From Trypethelium eluteriae (taxonomy: Eukaryota), in the NCBI GenBank assembly GCA_051942245.1, contig JAVECL010000169.1, positions 1 to 40,640 of the forward strand: a stretch of 40,640 nucleotides of DNA, in the 5' to 3' direction. This document shows positions 20,432-32,999 of this stretch, in pieces; the stretch's first letter is position 1; the number at the start of each line of letters is the position of its first letter. The notes under the pieces are model-generated. The model saw only the letters and a list, made by a program, of their open reading frames with translations. It was not told the origin of the DNA and ran no database searches. Made by a program: the position numbers and the translations under genes.

Positions 20432-22250
20432 ATGATGTTGAAGGCTTTCGTCCCTAGGAGCAGCCTAAGGTCAATATCCAGACCACTTGGAGGTTCCACC
20501 AGCGCATTCCGGCATACTCCTTCAAGCTTCTTTCTAATAGAAAGCTCGAGACTAAGAAGAGGATACGCTACAGAGACTGGTACACTCTTGCTGTCGATAC
20601 GATATCATATGGCTTGCTAATTTTCATCTACAGAGGAAAAGGACTTAATAGTCATTGGTGGCGGTGTGGCAGGTTATGTTGCAGCTATCAAAGCCGGACA
20701 AGAAGGACTGAAGGTAAAGCCTTTTGGATCACAACAATGACCAAGCAGCACCCATAATTCAGAATGCTTCGAACTTACACTTGCAAAAGGTAGCATGCAT
20801 AGAAAAGCGTGGCTCTCTCGGCGGCACCTGCCTGAATGTCGGCTGCATTCCATCAAAATCGCTCCTTAACAACTCACATCTCTACCACCAAATCCTACAT
20901 GACACCAAGAACCGCGGCATCGACGTCAAGGAAGTCTCCCTAAACCTACAACAAATGATGAAAGCAAAGGATACATCCGTGCAAGGCCTAACCAAAGGAG
21001 TCGAGTTCCTGTTTAAAAAGAACAATGTCGAGTATTTCAAGGGCACAGGCGCATTTGTGGACCCCCATACGGTTGCAGTGAATCTTGTCGCGGGCGGAGA
21101 GACTAGTGTGAGAGGAAAAAACATTTTCATCGCAACCGGGAGCGAGGCAACACCATTTCCGGGGCTAGAGATTGATGAGAAGAAAGTAATCACAAGTACA
21201 GGTGCGATAGCGCTGGAGCAAGTGCCAAAGAAGATGGTCGTCATCGGTGGTGGTATCATTGGATTAGAAATGGTAAGAGATTCTCTAACGGCGTAATAAC
21301 CGTTGTTGCTTGGGGTAAAAGAAGCTCATATCTACATAGGCGTCGGTATGGTCAAGATTAGGCTCCGAAGTCACCATTGTCGAGTTTCTTGGCCAAATAG
21401 GCGGTCCTGGTATGGATGCGGACATATCGAAGAATATCCAGAAGACACTGCAAAAGCAGGGTCTTAAATTCAAGCTCAATACCAAGGTCACCAACGGTGA
21501 TGCCAGCGGAGAAGGTGTCAAGATCTCCACCGAGGCCGCGAAAGGGGGTAAAGAGGAAGTTGTGAGTCTCCCTCGTTTAAATCGATCCTCCCTCAGTCTC
21601 CATCATTAAAACTGACCCTCCCCTCCCAGCTCGACGCCGACGTCGTTCTCGTCGCCATCGGCCGCCGCCCCTACACCGCCGGCCTCGGTCTCGAGAACAT
21701 CGGCATCGAAACCGACACCCGCGGCCGCCTAGTCATCGACTCCGAATACCGCACCGGGCCGCACGCCCACATCCGCGTCATCGGCGACTGCACCTTCGGC
21801 CCCATGCTCGCACACAAAGCGGAAGAGGAGGCGGTCGCCGCCGTCGAATTCCTCACCAAGTCCTACGGCCACGTCAACTACAACGCCATCCCCTCCGTCA
21901 TGTACACGCACCCGGAGGTCGCGTGGGTGGGCCAGAACGAGGCGGAGCTGAAGGCGCAGGGGGTGAAATACAAAGTCGGCACGTTCCCGTTCACTGCGAA
22001 CAGTCGGGCTAAGACGAACCTGGATACCGATGGGTTGGTCAAGTTCCTTGCGGATGCGGAGACGGATCGTATTCTGGGGGTGCATATTGTGGGACCGAAT
22101 GCCGGGGAGATGATTGCGGAGGGGACGTTGGCGTTGGAGTATGGTGCGAGTACGGAGGATGTGGGGAGGACGAGCCATGCGCATCCGACGCTGGCGGAGG
22201 CGTTTAAGGAGGCGGCGATGGCGACTTATGGGAAGGCGATTCACTATTGA
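20432..22250 (+). CDS. LPD1: Dihydrolipoamide dehydrogenase (E3), mitochondrial
   Basis: Exons 20432-20579, 20634-20713, 20790-21272, 21340-21561 and 21630-22250. FAD motif IGGGVAGY, redox disulfide [16 protein letters not shown] motif [17 protein letters not shown] and HAHPTLAE. Confidence 0.97.
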
Positions 22251-22536
22251 GCCGATGTGCAGGTCTACTGTAGAGGTCGGCGGTTAGGAGGGTCAGCGTG
22301 GCTGGGGTTGAGGGAAGAGAGTTGTAGTATGGGGTATTTTGTGGTTGCGAGGACATGAGATGTGACGTATCTGACTGCATTGCGATTCCGAGGATAGCTC
22401 TTAGATTTGTAGTATATACCTATCTACTCAGAACTCCCATATCAATGGAAGGACTCTGCATTTGTATCACGGAGACCTGTGTTTGAGCCTGTTTACGAAC
22501 AAGCTAATATTTGCCGAAGTGAAAAAAAAAGGTGTG

Positions 22537-22543
22537 TGACTCA
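22537..22543. promoter_or_regulatory. Gcn4/CpcA (AP-1-type) consensus site upstream of the MFS transporter
   Basis: TGACTCA lies about 145 bp upstream of ATG 22688, next to an A-tract. Motif match only. Confidence 0.35.
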
Positions 22544-22687
22544 TTCTTCTCTTCAACACTCACGGAAGCATTTCCGGCCTACCTAGTACCAATATAAATA
22601 CTACTAGAAGTTCTCCTTTAGCTCAGTTTTACCCTCCTTCACACCTTCATTACTGCGCTTGGATTAATCTCTCAATTTCTTCCAAAT

Positions 22688-24422
22688 ATGTCGCAAATAT
22701 CAACAGAACTTGTCACACTCCAGCACCCGGAAAGCGTTGCTGTGCGTTCTGCAGCTCAGTCCGTCCGTAGTTTCGGGCGGACTTACTTTTCTAATTCATC
22801 GCAACCTTTGGCTGAAGGAGTCGGAGATGGCAATGAGGGGCAGAATGATGAGCCGAACCTTTCTCGAGGCACAATTGCCTCAGTGATAGCCTCCGTGACG
22901 CTGGTAGCGGGATTGAATTCGATGACATCCGGGATTATCACCGTAGGACTGCCGACCATTGCGGCTGATCTGAAATTGAGCGAGGAATTATTGATTTGGT
23001 AAGTGTTTAGTTCTTGTCAAGATTCTGGTGTATTCATTCGTGAGTTTTTTGCATATTCAATCAGGATTTTCAAACAAGCTGATACACTCCTCTCGTAGGC
23101 CATCTGCTATCTCACCTCTTACGTGCGGTTGCACCTTCCTACTCTCAGGATCTATGGTTGATGTCTTCGGCTCGCGCATCATGTACCTTCTCGGATGTTT
23201 TCTTCAGTGTGTTTTTGTCCTTGGATGTGGTCTTTCCAAAACTGCGGTCCAGTTACTCATATGCCTAGGCCTTGGCGGTATATCAATCAGCCTTTGTCTT
23301 CCAAGTGCGGTCTCACTAATCACGAATACATTGCCTACGGGAAAACCAAGAAATCTGGCGTTTGGATCTATGGGTGGTAGTCAACCTGGGGGATTCGCTG
23401 TTGGACTTGTGCTGGGAGGTATTCTTTGCGATACCATTGGCTGGCGATATGGATTCTATATCTGTGCTGCTATCAACGCTTTCGTCGTCGTCGTCGCAAT
23501 CTTTGGTTTACCGAAGGACTCAAGACCATCTATACCAACGTCCTGGGACAGGAGGTGGGAGGTCCTCAGTAGTGATGTCGACTGGATTGGTGCACTGATA
23601 GCTTGTATCTCCCTTGCGTTAATGTCATACATCCTGGCATCCGTCACTGGCAACAGCGCAAGTATCAGGGAACCCCTCAATGCATCCTTACTCGCGATTG
23701 CACTGGCCTTGATTCCCTGCTTTATCCTCTGGATGGGATGGCGAGAAAGATGCAACAAGCTCCCACTCATCCCCAACTCTCTATGGAAAAACCGCAGCTT
23801 CACAACCATTTGCTTTGCAGTCTTTCTAATCTGGGGCTCTTTCAATGCCGCCGTAATTTTATTGAGTTTCTTCTTCCAGGATGTCCAACTCTTAACGCCA
23901 ATCCAGACCAGCATTCGCTTCCTTCCCAGTGTCATCACTGGGGTCCTTGTCAACGTCATCATTGGCTTCGTTATCCACCGCATCCGCGCTAACTGGATAG
24001 TGTTCATCGCTGTCGCGGTCACATCTCTTGCACCATTGCTCTTGGCTTTGTGTAATCCATCATGGACATATTGGGCTTGCGCTTTTCTGGCCAGTTGCTT
24101 GCTTCCTGCGGGAGCCGATGCCTTGTTCACGATATCGAACTTGCTTATCACAGCAGCATTTCCGTCTGAAACGCAGGGTTTGGCGGGCGGCGTATTCAAC
24201 ACAGTGTCGCAGATTGGCAAATCGGTGGGTCTGTCTTTGGCACAGGTCATTGCCACCAGGGTTACGGCGCGGTCGAAGTATCAGGATACATCGAATCCAA
24301 TGGCGAGATTGGAGGGCTATCGTGCGAGCTTCTGGTTCTGCTTCGCGATTAATGTCGCAACGCTCATGATTTCGATCTGGGGGTTAAGGACGATTGGAAA
24401 AGTTGGGCATAAGAGGGATTGA
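22688..24422 (+). CDS. Major facilitator superfamily drug:H+ antiporter (14-TM DHA2 / Atr1-like)
   Basis: Exons 22688-22998 and 23099-24422. Motifs TVGLPTIAADL, SGSMVDVFGSR (motif A-like), GWRYGFY, DVDWIGA, PLIPNSLW and QGLAGGVFNTVSQIG, with many TM segments. Confidence 0.9.
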
Positions 24423-25390
24423 GAACGTGATGAGATGTAATTCTCATAATTACTGCGAGAGTCGCAGCAAAACCGTTTAACGAGCATCGAGGTGCATCCA
24501 ACAGACTCACTTTCGGATCCGAACAACCGTGTCAAATCACAAGGGAATATCAGCATTCACCGGCTTTAGAAGTCAACCAATCACCAATTTGGCCAAATTT
24601 TTTGACTTACATATGATTCAATATCCCCCCAGTAAATTAAAACATATAAAGAATACTGACTTTTGAGTTGAAGTCAACTAGACCCGATGTAGTGGGAAAG
24701 ATAGAAGGACCATTTGAATGAAGAGCCACCTACAGGATATGTCTGTCTGAGCTATTTCCTTCTGTACAAGCCAGGAGCTCCCCAGTGAGGACTCGGCCGC
24801 GCGAGGACCCATGGTGTCTGTCACTTCCTGATCAGTCATGACAGCAGTCAAGGAACCAGATTTCATTCTCGATGGACGACTGTTTCAAGCCATAGATTTC
24901 TCCCTTGTCTGGAAGGACTATCACACAACATAAATACGAGCTCTGTCTTTTCGGAAATAGTCTTGCCAACAGACGGAAAAATCCAGGTTTTGGGTTTTGG
25001 AAGTCACGCCCAAAGCAGGGTATTTGGGCAAAGTCTCGTCGAGTGACATCAACAAATGTTCTGTGAGACAGCTGCTGCCTGAAAATCAAGCTTTGCCAGT
25101 TCTAACAGCAAACGCTAAGGTACCCAATCACCAAAGCCATGTGACGCTGCCATTGTATACAAAGCCGGAAATGGTTCTATCGGCGGTACTCAGCGCCGGT
25201 GAGCAAGATGCTGACCACGACCTCATCAGTGGACTGCGTACTTAAGAGCACCTACTTTCAGTTTCTGCACCTTCTCTACTGTGCAAATTCAATACCACAG
25301 CTCATTTGCCCGATACAGCCGACGCGCTGGTGGTCACCATTTGTTTTAGGCTCCTTCATATTCCAATCAGCACAACTCATCATCACGATT

Positions 25391-27043
25391 ATGTGCAAGC
25401 AAGTGATACGACTGTATCCCCTCTGCACCCCAAACCAGCCTGAACCACCCTGGCATCAGACCATGGACGAGACAGCCCAATGCCAGGACGCTGTGAATAA
25501 TGGGGGTGTTCCATGTGAAGAGTTCGAAGAACCACAAGTCTTGACCATTAAGAATAGTAGATGCCCTCCGTGTCTTCTGCAGGATCGACAAGAACATGAC
25601 GCCCATGCGGCTTGGGAACAACAGGCTATGAAAGAGTCAGAACAACTTGCCGCTGTGCACGAACAACACATGAACCAACGCGACGCTGATCTCGCCCGCG
25701 AAGAAGAAGAACAGCTTGAACGAATACTCAAGGAATCTGAGCAAATGGCACTGCAAAGTCCACCACCTCAAGCATTCGTCGATGATGAAGAGGAATTACG
25801 CAAAGCCTTGGAAGTGTCCATGGGAACTACCGAGGAGGATGAACAGCGCCGCGTGGCGGGTGGTGCAGAAGACGACGAGGAGCAGCTTAGAAAAGCCATC
25901 GAAGTCTCTATCGGCACAACTCAGGAAGATGACCAGCGTCGAGCTGCGCGTGTTGGGCCGAAGATCTTCTTCGTGAGACATGTAAAGAAGATATGTTGTG
26001 GCAAGATTATCAAAGAGCAAACCAATATTGAGAAGGACGCTGATTCTGATGGCATTCCTTTTCTGGAAGAGGAGGACTACATGCCCTGCGATGGATGCGT
26101 TAGACGTATACTCGCAGAGCAGGAGGAGGCCCAGTTCGGAGGATCTAGTACTGGTGCCGCTATCCCTCCATTGAGGACTGGTCACTTACCTCCTGGGTTC
26201 GAAGCTCCGTTATCTCCGGACTCTCCATTGACGGCTTCGCAGCCAGATACAGAAGCACTCGATCTGGATCCCACTGGCAGGGGCAAGGGTCCTCGTTATC
26301 CACACAATGAACCTGTTCCTACACTGGACACACCAGTACAACACGGTTCCAATTTCAACCAAGGTTTTGAGCCTTCAGAGACGCAGACTGCGGAAGTTAA
26401 TACCCATCCCCTGAACTCTGACCCTCCTGGATACGTATCCCTAGTAGATCTCAGCAGACCTGAGATAGCGCCTTCGCCAGCTTACTCCAGTCCTGCAGCG
26501 TCGCCAGGAGTTGCTCGACCAGAGAGCTTCATGCCAGACGAGGAGGATGAGGAAATGCGAAGGCCACGCGAGCATCATGCTCAGATGAACGGATTCCCCA
26601 CCATTCAAAGATACCAAGAGGAAAGCCGCCCAGCGAGTCCTAACACAGTCATGGCAAATCAGGCAAGTGAGGATGCCGCAAGAGAGCATCTAGCCGCTGC
26701 CCGGGCAGATCTGCGACAAAATCAGCAGCAGCAGCTTCAGCAACAAGCATCCTCTGGCACTGCGCTTCGCAGTCGTCCGGCACATGATGAAGAAGAGGAA
26801 GAGGAAGGAGAAGATTCCCTTGGCGATCTACCGGGAAGCATGTCTCGCAGGCACGTTTCTTCCGGGACCCCACCACCTTCCAGCAGTTTTCGGCGTGGCG
26901 GTCTTCGAGGTCCGCAAGATCATGATTGGAACCATGATTGGCTCAACGAGGAAGGCAATAGCTCGCACAGACTGCCGAGTTTCATGAGTAGTTTGGATGT
27001 GTCACGAGGGACGAGGCCAGTGCCGGATCAAGAGACAGAGTAG
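25391..27043 (+). CDS. Uncharacterised protein with N-terminal Cys/His motif, tandem ubiquitin-interacting-motif-like repeats and a disordered acidic/Pro/Gln-rich tail
   Basis: Long single ORF with likely start ATG 25391 (MCKQVIRLYPLC). Repeats DDEEELRKALEVSMGT and DDEEQLRKAIEVSIGT fit the UIM pattern acidic-L-x-x-A-x-x-x-S. Confidence 0.8.
   Translation: MCKQVIRLYPLCTPNQPEPPWHQTMDETAQCQDAVNNGGVPCEEFEEPQVLTIKNSRCPPCLLQDRQEHDAHAAWEQQAMKESEQLAAVHEQHMNQRDADLAREEEEQLERILKESEQMALQSPPPQAFVDDEEELRKALEVSMGTTEEDEQRRVAGGAEDDEEQLRKAIEVSIGTTQEDDQRRAARVGPKIFFVRHVKKICCGKIIKEQTNIEKDADSDGIPFLEEEDYMPCDGCVRRILAEQEEAQFGGSSTGAAIPPLRTGHLPPGFEAPLSPDSPLTASQPDTEALDLDPTGRGKGPRYPHNEPVPTLDTPVQHGSNFNQGFEPSETQTAEVNTHPLNSDPPGYVSLVDLSRPEIAPSPAYSSPAASPGVARPESFMPDEEDEEMRRPREHHAQMNGFPTIQRYQEESRPASPNTVMANQASEDAAREHLAAARADLRQNQQQQLQQQASSGTALRSRPAHDEEEEEEGEDSLGDLPGSMSRRHVSSGTPPPSSSFRRGGLRGPQDHDWNHDWLNEEGNSSHRLPSFMSSLDVSRGTRPVPDQETE
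25781..25948 (+). repeat. Two diverged 90-nt-period coding repeats (UIM-like units)
   Basis: GATGATGAAGAGGAATTACGCAAAGCC... at 25781 aligns with GACGACGAGGAGCAGCTTAGAAAAGCC... at 25871. Many differences are synonymous or conservative. Confidence 0.8.
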
Positions 27044-29126
27044 GTTGTCTCTCATATCTCCATGGAGGCAATCTTCTTCAGGAATGATCAGATTGAACGG
27101 CCAGGAATTGGGTGCCTTGACGTTCTACCTTTTTTAGCGCTTGCAATGCGGCTAGGCTTGGACTGTATGTGCCAAGAGGATCGCAAGAATTTATTTCGTC
27201 AACGATCATGTGAAGTAAGAGTAGTCATATGATATCGCATGAATTTCGCTGCGGCAGTTGAGTGGTTTGGCACATCTTATTCAGATGAGCTCGTATGACC
27301 CAAGTTCAAGCATCTTGATCTCCAGTAAGGCTTAGGTTCTATTTGTTGAAGTGGTGAATTGAAACCTGAAGTGGATTGGTGTAAGGTCTGGGTTCGGAAG
27401 GAACTGCAGACCAGACTAAAGACGCTGTGCGCTAGTACAGATTGGGAGGCAACGACCGCCTGAATGCTCCTGCCTCTCAACACTCTTTGAAGCTCAGTGA
27501 TAGCTTACCTTGAAGTTCTCCATGGGACAAGGCCCCTCGGAGCTGTAGCATTCTGTAAATTATCTATCTGTTTATAGAGCTTACTTCTCTGAGCGGATAG
27601 ATTTCGTCCGTACGCACGTGCACCTCGCTACTTTGAGTGACGAAGGCCAAGCCCAAGCCCTACGCATTGTCTCTTAATCTTGATGGCAATCTCTATGATA
27701 CATCACTATTCCACCTACCACAAGTCAGTGGAGGCCTATTTATAGGATGCACCAATCTCTTTGGATTGGCCCTTACTTCGTACCGTTGAAGGTGACAATC
27801 AGGCGTCGCGGCTGTCGTATGTCGCAGAAATTAGGGTCGCATGTGGAGATCTCAGCCAGCCATCTGTACTACCTCACTGCAACCGGTGGTCGCATCACGC
27901 GCGGTCGCGAATCATTTGCTTGCCAACAAAAGGTAATGTGAAAGACAACAGACGAGACGGGACTGCAAAACTCATGTCCACGGTTACTCAAGTTGCAAAA
28001 AAGGCTTAATATCCGGCAAGAGGAGTTTTCCGGGGGTTCCTCCCTTGTACCAACATTCTGACAAGTTTCGCCCTTCGAGGCATTACGGAGTACCCCGTCA
28101 TGACAATGAGCCTCAGGCTTGGCAGGAACGGGCCTCTAAAGGCAAAATCCGGGCGAGCCAGGACTTTGACAGCAAACGAATGTCGACAGGGGGTGCGCAC
28201 CTGGCTTGCAAAAGATGTCGTTCTATGGATGAGGTTTCTGCACTAAGCGACCCGAAGTCCAATCGGCGAACCGTCAGCGCAACGATCTGCGGGCGTTTCA
28301 CCCCCTAAAGAGTTGATCAAAAGATTGATACCAGATGCAACCAGACGATTAGGATCTTGCTGCCTCCTGCCGCTTTTCCAATCACAACCCCTGTCCTCTC
28401 CTCCCAATGCACATGAGCAAATGCAAAGCTGCAGTACGACTCTTTCTCGCAAAGTCATGAGTGCCTTCTCCTCACAGGATCCTGCAGGCTGTCTAGCCCG
28501 GCATGGAAGATTCCGTCATGCATTTCCACCGCCAAGAAGGCTTGTCAGGCCTTCCCTCCATTAACATTCCTACCCTTCGTAAAATGCCTGGCGGTGCTAC
28601 CCGTTTTCCGGGAAAGTGCTGAAATAGGTTTGCTAGGATTGGTCCGTGATCCACGCTGGGGTCTTTTTGCTGACGGCTCTAAGCCTCCAAGAAGGTACCC
28701 GACCAGGGGTCTTGCTGCAATGTGCACAATCGTTGCTTACAGTAGGCTACCCCGAGGTGGGAGCTCAGACTCGGTACATAATTTCTTGAAAACGGGCCCA
28801 CCACCTTCCCTACTTAGTACACGACTTGTACATAATCTTTTGGACCTCCACTCGCCCTTTCTTCTGGAGACCGCTTTGTCGTTCCAGTCACACATTCTCT
28901 CAACATAGCGTGTGACCTGCGGATTGCTACTTCACTTAGTCATTGTGGTTAAAAGAGGTTGTTTCGTTTGACTGCATCTGACCGGTCTATTCACCAAGGC
29001 GGCAATCCATTCATTCATGAACTCACTCATTCTTTGAACTTCTTGTCTATACTTCAGCTTCGTCTTCAAATCGGAAAACCTGTCAGATATTCTCTTGGCA
29101 CCAAGCTTTACGCAGATCTGGCGATT

Positions 29127-31009
29127 ATGAAATTCGTCAATACTCTTATTGTTTGCGCCCCGGCCGTCTCGGCCTTGTGGCCTATTCCTCAGACTTATAC
29201 CCATGGAGACTCTGTAATCTTCATTAATCAAAACACCCCTATATCTTACAATGGAAAGCAAGCTGTAAGTGAGAATAAATCCTAATTCAGAAACCCCTTT
29301 GGCTAACGACTCTTTGATACAGACGCTTTCTTCTGTCTCTACAAATAGCTTCGCCAGCGCTACCTACGGCTCCGCTGCCAATGGGTCGGTGACCTCTGCT
29401 CAGATTATTGGAGCCGCTGTTCAGCGAACATACCAAACGATCTTCAATCAAAACTATATTCCATGGAAATTTCACCATCGAAATTCCGACTTTGAGCCTT
29501 CGTCAAATTCTAGCGGAGCTGTTGTCAAGAGCATTAAGCTTGTTCAGAACGCCTCCGACCCTGCTGATGTTGGGCGACCGCTTGTGGGGAGCGTTGATGA
29601 GAGCTACACCTTGGATTTAACGACCGACGGCAGTGTCGTAATCAGTGGAAAGTCTTCGCAAGGCATTGCACATGGCCTGACAACCTTCACTCAGCTATTC
29701 TACAAATATTCCGGTGGTGGCGCATACACCCCTCTCGCACCTGTCTCTACCACGGACGCACCCAAATTCCCTTACCGAAGCCTTCAAATGGACGTCGCGC
29801 GCAATTACTATCCTGTCACTGATGTGCTTCGAATGATTGATGCTGCTGCTTACAACAAATTCAATCACTTTCATCTTCACGCCACCGACTCACAATCCTG
29901 GCCACTCGAAATTCCTTCTTTGCCTAACCTCACCTCTCTGGGCGCATACCGTAAGGACCTCATTTACAGCGCGTCTGATCTACAGCAGATTCAACAGTAT
30001 GGTGCTACCCTCGGCGTAGAAGTCGTCGTAGAAATCGATTCGCCTGGTCATACTGCATCAATCGCTTACAGCCGCCCGGACTTAATCGCTGCTTTCAACT
30101 CACAGCCTGATTGGGATGCCTACGCCGCCGAGCCTCCCTCTGGAACACTAAAGCTAAACAGTCCTGCCGTATATGACTTCTTGGAGCAGGTTTACTCTGA
30201 TCTTCTTCCTCGCGTGAAGCCCTACACAAGCTACTTCCATACCGGAGGTGACGAGGTTAAGGAATCAGCTTATTTGCTCGACGATACTGTCAATTCGAGC
30301 AGCGACGCAGTGTTGCAACCGCTAGTCCAGAAGTTTGTGGACCGCAACCACGATCAAATCCGCGCAAATGGCTTACATCCGCTTGTCTGGGAAGAGATGC
30401 TCCTGCAGTGGAACCTCACTCTTGGCGACGATGTCCTCATCCAGACTTGGGAGTCCGTCACTGATTCCGTCGCAAAGACCGTAGCAAAGGGCCACAAAGC
30501 TCTTGCGGGTAACTATAACTACTGGGTAAGCCCCCCTCATTATCCCTTCCAAACCTCACATTTACTGATACAACCATCTCCAGTACCTCGACTGCGGCCA
30601 AGGTCAATGGCTCGACTTTTATCCCAACATCTCCGCCTCCTACTGGCCCTACGCCGACTATTGTTCCCCTCGCAAAAACTGGCGCCTCATGTACTCCTAT
30701 GACCCTCTAGCTAATGTCCCCGCCAATTCTACGCACCTCGTCGTTGGTGGTGTCGTCGCAATCTGGTCCGAGCAGGTCGACTCGGCTAACCTCGACCGCA
30801 TGGTCTGGCCCCGGGCGGGCGCCGCCGCTGAGGTTCTGTGGTCCGGCGCGAAGGATGCCTCTGGCCAGAACCGCAGCCAGGTGACAGCAAGTCCAAGGTT
30901 GTCGGACATGAGGGAGAGGCTGTTGGCTAGAGGGGTCATGGCCGAACCGATCCAGATGGTTTTTTGTTTACAAGACGGCGAGTCGTGTGGGGAGGTCAAC
31001 GAAGGTTAG
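29127..31009 (+). CDS. Secreted beta-N-acetylhexosaminidase, glycoside hydrolase family 20
   Basis: Exons 29127-29264, 29323-30525 and 30584-31009. Signal peptide ending ALWPIP, then DAPKFPYR..MDVARNY, HLHATDSQSWP, EIDSPGH, catalytic HTGGDE, WYLDCGQG, WSEQVD and WPRAGAAAEVLWS. Confidence 0.95.
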
Positions 31010-31511
31010 ATGAGGTACGCCCAAGGGGTACTTGGAGGTAAAAGAGTGGAGTTTCCATGGACTTTTGGCATCTGTATATTTACATTATGATTGTGACTTC
31101 TTGTCTGAGAACCTTGAATGTGGGATCACTAATAGCATCTTGGCGGCTGTGATCTCAGGGGGACCTGCTGAGATATGGGATGTATTCCTCGCGATTCACT
31201 GCCACAGTATATTGGAGACAAATTTGACACACTGCTGTGGCCAAAATACAGTTTCTCCCATTCTCAATAATTAAATTGAAATAATGCTATCCATAGCCAA
31301 TAAGATGAAAATTAATCGATCTAAAAGGTGGTAAGCTTCTGTATCCGTATGAAACCAATTTCTGAAGGTTCCGAAAATCTGCCGCCGCGTTCGCTAAGCG
31401 ACCAATCAACGATTCTGAACTCTCACACCACCATCCGCACTTTTCGGACTCGCACGAACATCCACATCGAACTGCTTCACATTCCTCCGAAGTCACATAC
31501 CAGCCGTCAAG

Positions 31512-32326
31512 ATGGGTACGTTAATGTCAATTCTGGATTTCAAGCTATCAAATTTGGAAGCTCGATAGATAGGATCGTTTCTGACTGAGGGTGTCTTTCT
31601 ATAGGTATCGACTTGGACCGACATCATGTGCGTAACTCGCACCGCAAGGCGCCCAAGAGCGACAACGTCTACCTCAAGCTGCTCGTAAAACTCTACCGCT
31701 TCCTGGCTCGTACGTTCAATCCCATTCTCGCCAACAGAACTCGTGGCAAACCCCCAAAACCGTCTATATATCTTTCCAAATCTAATGACTTTCCTCCCAT
31801 CCCTTAGGCCGTACCGACTCCCCCTTCAACCAAGTCGTCCTCCGCCGCCTCTTCCAATCCCGCACCAACCGCGCCCCAATCTCCCTCTCCCGCATCGTCG
31901 CCACCACGACCTCTCCCTCGACCCCCACACCCACGAAGACCATCGTCGTAGTCGGCAGTGTCTTAGACGACAACCGTCTGCTCACGGTGCCGAAGCTCGA
32001 GATCGCGGCGCTGAAGTTCACTGCGACGGCACGAGCTAGGATCTTGAAGGCGGGCGGAGAGTGTCTGACGCTGGATGAGCTGGCGCAGCGGAAGCCGAAG
32101 GGCGAGAACACGGTGTTGTTGCGTGGACCGAGGAACGCGCGGGAGGCGGTGAAGCACTTTGGATTTGGGCCGCACAAGCATAAGGTGAGACTTACGTTTT
32201 GGATTCGAACTTGCAGGTGAGGAATTGAAGTGCTGATGTGTCGTTTAGAAACCGTATGTTGAGAGCAAGGGACGCAAATTCGAGCGTGCGCGTGGACGTA
32301 GACGGTCGAGAGGCTTCAAGGTGTAA
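31512..32326 (+). CDS. RPL18: 60S ribosomal protein L18 (eL18)
   Basis: Exons 31512-31515, 31605-31709, 31808-32184 and 32249-32326 give [44 protein letters not shown]...[25 protein letters not shown]. Confidence 0.97.
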
Positions 32327-32999
32327 ACATGATTGCTGTGCCAGATTGCTGGTGGGGAAACGAAGACAGGGTGGAGCTGGCGCTTTGGGACGATACTATC
32401 GACGTGGTCATGGCTGGTTGCTCTTTGTGTGTTACGAAGGACTAGCTTAGGCATAGTACAATTGTACACCCGACCAACACTACCCCTCCTTAAGTCTCAA
32501 GTGAGCTTGCCTCTCCTGTTGCGCGAACCGCGTGAGCGTCGCGCAGTTCGGAGAGATCCTTAGGGATGATAAAATCCAGGCGTTTAATTTTTACTAAACA
32601 CTTTAACCTCCCCTCACGAAGGGTAGACATAAGTTAGGAGAAAAGGCATTTATTCGGTCTGTTTCGTACCTTTGTCAAATAAATCCTCGAATCAACATCG
32701 TCGATTTGTTAATGGACCTAAAGGACGAAACATGGCAATCCCCTGGTACAGATCTCGAGCACTGATAAGTAGGACTTCACTCAAGGCTACAGATTTGAAA
32801 TTGATTCAAGATCATTTCAGGATTCACAAGAATAATAAAACGCCTCAGGCGAACTGCTCGGGTCATGTAAGGCTTTAGCATGGGCCGGTTCACATACAAA
32901 ACATTAGGTCAGCCGCAAGGTGAGAGACAGTTACAGTATCTCCAGTCTGTCGCGATCGAAGAAGGGCACATATGAGATATACATTCGTCAATAAGAGGA

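Noticed and set aside
23456..24256. Long antisense ORFs (266 aa here; also 14700-15353, 21729-22244, 33578-34153, 39731-40432)
   Set aside because: Each lies opposite a well-supported gene and has no independent motifs. Codon bias explains the lack of stops.
24678..25245. Short ORFs between the MFS gene and the UIM-repeat gene
   Set aside because: No recognisable family or consistent exon structure; cannot be supported as a gene.
27050..29120. Many short ORFs in the 2-kb spacer upstream of the hexosaminidase
   Set aside because: No motifs or coherent splice structure; best read as promoter or leader sequence.
31516..31807. Intronic snoRNA in RPL18 introns
   Set aside because: No properly placed C box (RTGATGA) and D box pair, and no H/ACA layout, is visible.
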